59,527 bases of DNA, from assembly GCA_009923745.1 (NCBI GenBank), contig RFSX01000001.1, positions 1 through 59,527 of the forward strand. The letters run 5' to 3'. Source of the stretch: Chitinophagia bacterium (GTDB taxonomy: Bacteria; Bacteroidota; Bacteroidia; Chitinophagales; Saprospiraceae). Under the pieces are notes generated by a model. The model had not been told where the DNA came from. It did no database searches and worked only from the letters and a program-made list of their open reading frames with translations. The position numbers and the translations under genes are program-made. Of the stretch, positions 56,730 through 59,527 are shown piece after piece (within the stretch, counting starts at the first letter, position 1; each line of letters begins with the position of its first letter).

Positions 56730-58724
56730 TTATTTATAGCTCCTTGTTTTGAGCTCTACATTTTCAAATACTAGATTCTCTTTGTGCAGTGTCGGGTTGT
56801 TGTCATCCCACTCCCAGGCCGACACATACGTAAAGGCTTCATCATTTCGTAAGGCTTCTCCCTCGGCCGTCTGATACTCTTCTCTGAAGTGCCCTCCGCA
56901 AGATTCGTTACGATCCAGCGCATCAAGCATCATAAGCTCGCCCAGTTCAAGGAAGTCTGCCACTTTCACGGCTTTCTCGAGTTCAAAGTTGTACTCGTCA
57001 GTATCCCCGGGGATAAAAACATCTTTGTAAAACTCTTCTCTCAGCTCCCGGATCATTTGACGTCCCTTTTTCAGGCCTTCTGCATTTCGTGACATACCAC
57101 AATATTCCCACATGATTTTACCAAGCCTCCTGTGGAAACTTTCAACAGACTGGTTGCCATTAACGCCCATCAATTGCTCAATACGCTCTTTGGCTTCCTT
57201 CTCAGCTCGTTCAAACTCAGGAAGGTCCGTTGATATTTGTGGCGTCCTGATTTCTTCTGACAAGAACTGCCCGATAGTGTATGGTATAACAAAATAGCCA
57301 TCTGCCAAACCTTGCATCAGGGCAGATGCTCCTAATCGGTTAGCTCCATGGTCTGAGAAATTGCATTCGCCCAGGGCAAACAGTCCAGGGATGTTGGTTT
57401 CTAGGTTGTAGTCTACCCAAAGGCCACCCATTGTGTAATGTACCGCAGGGAAAATCTTCATAGGTGTTTTATATGGATTCTCTCCTGTTATCTTTTCATA
57501 CATCTGGAATAGATTACCATACTTTTGTGAGATTACCTGCTCGCCCAGTTCTCTGACTTTTGATTCGCTTGGGTTTTCTATCCCTTTTGAATGAGCGGTT
57601 TCCTGTCCATATCTCATTATGGCTGCCCCAAAATCAAGATATACACCCAGACCGGTGCTTACGATTCCCTTTCCCTTGTCTGTTTCAATTTTCGCTGCCC
57701 TGGAAGCAACGTCTCTTGGCACAAGGTTACCAAATGCCGGATACCTTCTTTCCAGATAATAATCACGATCTTCTTCCTTAATGTCCAGTGCCGTTTTTTC
57801 TCCTTTGCGAATAGCTTCGGCATCTTCCTTGCTCTTAGGCACCCATACTCGGCCATCGTTTCGCAGTGACTCTGACATTAATGTCAGCTTTGATTGATAC
57901 TCTCCTGAAACAGGTATGCAGGTAGGGTGAATTTGTGTAAAGCAGGGATTTGCCATCAGGGCGCCTCTTTTGACTGCACGCCATGCCGCTGTCACATTAC
58001 TCATCATGGCGTTTGTTGAAAGATAGAATACATTGCCATAGCCCCCTGTTGCCAAAACAACACAGTGTGCCGCATGCTTCTCAAGCTTTCCCGTTAGAAG
58101 GTTTCTTGCAATGATTCCTCGTGCTTTGCCATCAACAAGAACAACATCAAGCATTTCATGGCGATTATACATCTTTACCCTACCAGTAGAAATTTGTCTG
58201 GACAGGGCCTGGTAAGCACCTAGCAACAGCTGCTGTCCTGTTTGTCCCCTTGCGTAAAATGTCCTGGACACCTGAACACCACCAAACGAACGGTTTGCCA
58301 ACAGTCCTCCGTATTCCCTGGCGAACGGAACACCTTGTGCAACCGCCTGGTCAATAATTTCTGTACTGCATTCGGCAAGCCTATGTACATTGGCTTCTCG
58401 AGATCTGTAATCACCGCCTTTTATTGTGTCATAGAATAATCGATATATGCTGTCTCCATCGTTTTGATAGTTCTTCGCAGCATTTATTCCTCCTTGCGCA
58501 GCAATACTGTGTGCTCTTCGCGGACTATCGTGAAAGGTAAATGCTTTCACATTGTAACCCAGTTCAGCCAGGGTTGCAGCCGCAGAGGCTCCAGCGAGAC
58601 CGGTACCTACAACAATTACGTCAAGCCTTCTCTTATTGTTTGGCGCTACAAGGTTCATCGAACCTTTGTACTTTGTCCATTTTTCAGATAAACTGCCTTC
58701 AGGTACTTTAGCGTCTAGTTTCAT
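56730..58724 (-). CDS. sdhA: succinate dehydrogenase/fumarate reductase flavoprotein subunit
   Basis: FAD fold [12 protein letters not shown], flavinylation His context [14 protein letters not shown], 664 aa (Bacteroides FrdA type). Confidence 0.97.
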   Translation of the reverse strand: MKLDAKVPEGSLSEKWTKYKGSMNLVAPNNKRRLDVIVVGTGLAGASAAATLAELGYNVKAFTFHDSPRRAHSIAAQGGINAAKNYQNDGDSIYRLFYDTIKGGDYRSREANVHRLAECSTEIIDQAVAQGVPFAREYGGLLANRSFGGVQVSRTFYARGQTGQQLLLGAYQALSRQISTGRVKMYNRHEMLDVVLVDGKARGIIARNLLTGKLEKHAAHCVVLATGGYGNVFYLSTNAMMSNVTAAWRAVKRGALMANPCFTQIHPTCIPVSGEYQSKLTLMSESLRNDGRVWVPKSKEDAEAIRKGEKTALDIKEEDRDYYLERRYPAFGNLVPRDVASRAAKIETDKGKGIVSTGLGVYLDFGAAIMRYGQETAHSKGIENPSESKVRELGEQVISQKYGNLFQMYEKITGENPYKTPMKIFPAVHYTMGGLWVDYNLETNIPGLFALGECNFSDHGANRLGASALMQGLADGYFVIPYTIGQFLSEEIRTPQISTDLPEFERAEKEAKERIEQLMGVNGNQSVESFHRRLGKIMWEYCGMSRNAEGLKKGRQMIRELREEFYKDVFIPGDTDEYNFELEKAVKVADFLELGELMMLDALDRNESCGGHFREEYQTAEGEALRNDEAFTYVSAWEWDDNNPTLHKENLVFENVELKTRSYK

Positions 58725-58743
58725 ATGATCTCTTTTTATCTCT

Positions 58744-59442
58744 TTAATAATTGGCTTGGTGGCTGAAAAACATAAATAGTGGAATTATAGCATATCCAAT
58801 AGGAATTAATATTGCATAGCCGATCCCAATCCACTTTATGAGAGGGGAATACTTTCGGTGTTCAAGGCCAAGAGTGGTAAAAGCACTTTTAAAACCATGC
58901 ATCAGGTGAAGCGACAACGCAAGAAGTCCTATAAGGTAAATGATGACAATCCAAATATTGCTGAAAGCAATATTGACCCTCTTATAAACATTCATAAGCT
59001 CATGCTCCCAACCCGGGTAGCTGACCATTTCAAGACTGTCGGTAAATCTTACTTTAACCCAAAAGTCTCCCATGTGAATTGCAAGGAAAGCAAAAATGAG
59101 CAAGCCAAGCAGTCCCATGTTTTTGGACATCCAGCTTCCATTCTCATAGGTGCTTACCGCATAGCTTTGGCCTTTTGCCTTCTTATTGCTCCATGCGATC
59201 AAGATTCCCTGAATAGCATGCAGAAGAATGCCTGCATACAGGCCAAGAGATATGACTTTGATTAGAGGGTTGTTGGACATGAAGTCTGCATATATATTGA
59301 ATGCTTTACCCTCGTCAGGAATAAGCAATTGTAAATTGCCTGTCAGGTGCACCAGGAGAAAAATAATCAGAAATAAGCCCGTCAGACTCATGACTAATTT
59401 TTTTCCGATGCTAGATATTAAAAACTCAGAAATCCAACTCAT
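58744..59442 (-). CDS. sdhC: succinate dehydrogenase cytochrome b subunit (b558 family, 5 TM)
   Basis: 232 aa, five hydrophobic helices with conserved His residues (..LVHLTGN.., ..LLHAIQG.., ..AIHMGDF.., ..SLHLMHGF..), positioned first in the sdhCAB order. Confidence 0.85.
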   Translation of the reverse strand: MSWISEFLISSIGKKLVMSLTGLFLIIFLLVHLTGNLQLLIPDEGKAFNIYADFMSNNPLIKVISLGLYAGILLHAIQGILIAWSNKKAKGQSYAVSTYENGSWMSKNMGLLGLLIFAFLAIHMGDFWVKVRFTDSLEMVSYPGWEHELMNVYKRVNIAFSNIWIVIIYLIGLLALSLHLMHGFKSAFTTLGLEHRKYSPLIKWIGIGYAILIPIGYAIIPLFMFFSHQANY

Positions 59443-59500
59443 TGATTATGCGCTTTACTTACTGAAATTCAATGGTTTTTTATACCATTTGTTCAAGGCG

Positions 59501-59508
59501 CAAAGTTA
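59501..59508 (-). promoter_or_regulatory. candidate -7 box, TAACTTTG, for sdhCAB
   Basis: Minus-strand TAnnTTTG match about 60 nt upstream of the sdhC ATG. The -33 region falls off the window. Confidence 0.3.
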
Positions 59509-59527
59509 ATCTATACGACCCATTTAC

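Noticed and set aside
58858-59265. 135-aa ORF antisense to sdhC
   Set aside because: It is internal to a well-supported membrane cytochrome b gene in the canonical sdhCAB order. It is a shadow ORF.
1-59527. CRISPR arrays, IS elements or transposases, integrases, prophage genes, toxin-antitoxin pairs, restriction-modification or other known defence genes
   Set aside because: I scanned the ORF translations and intergenic regions by eye. I saw no repeat-spacer periodicity, no DDE, tyrosine or serine recombinase motifs, and no terminal inverted repeats flanking a gene block. Apart from the two flanking tRNA genes, the tRNA-flanked cluster carries none of these mobility signatures. A computational repeat search would still be needed to exclude short dispersed repeats.

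Overview
This is a dense chromosomal segment, about 90% coding, that reads as Bacteroidota core genome. Supporting signs are a T9SS C-terminal sorting-domain cargo protein, a frdCAB-type succinate dehydrogenase with a b558-type cytochrome b, and an RprX/RprY-like two-component pair. TTTG-N19/20-TAnnTTTG promoter boxes, an apparent lack of Shine-Dalgarno signals and many ATGA or stop/start overlaps point the same way. I call 56 CDS, including one partial gene and three sub-60-aa ORFs missing from the ORF track. I also call one probable frameshifted pseudogene, two tRNAs (Val-TAC, Phe-GAA), five hairpin terminators and a few promoter boxes. I saw no CRISPR array, IS or transposase, integrase, prophage or toxin-antitoxin signal. 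Housekeeping content: rsfS-ftsH, birA-cinA-E2, mfd, rluA-thiL, trmB, prfA, yebC, yicC-gmk-apaG, hup, rng, ogt, nifU-like, IMPase, glxK, nnr and sdhCAB. The non-routine content, in my order of interest, is as follows. (1) A tRNA-Phe/tRNA-Val-bracketed four-gene envelope-glycan module (Wzx, Wzz-like, O-antigen-ligase-like, 146-aa membrane protein) with no glycosyltransferase in the window and no promoter room of its own. (2) A translationally coupled exo-ligase-Lhr ligase-associated DNA-damage-response operon. Its fourth member, pdeM, is split off by an opposite-strand yebC plus T9SS-cargo insert and sits directly upstream of an ECF sigma / short anti-sigma pair. (3) An overlapping pair of a TAT-signal GH109-like oxidoreductase and a divergent galactokinase-like gene. 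(4) mfd translationally coupled to a YdbS/YdbT-type bPH_2 membrane pair. (5) An uncharacterised ORF, an orphan PqqB-like MBL protein and a di-haem peroxidase lipoprotein trailing sdhCAB. (6) An untracked 31-aa hyper-basic bS22-like ORF followed by a structured leader in front of rng. (7) A 409-bp unexplained gap between convergent genes. I do not see an unambiguous brand-new system. These are candidates, and each is stated with its test. All family names come from motif recognition by eye, not from database searches.
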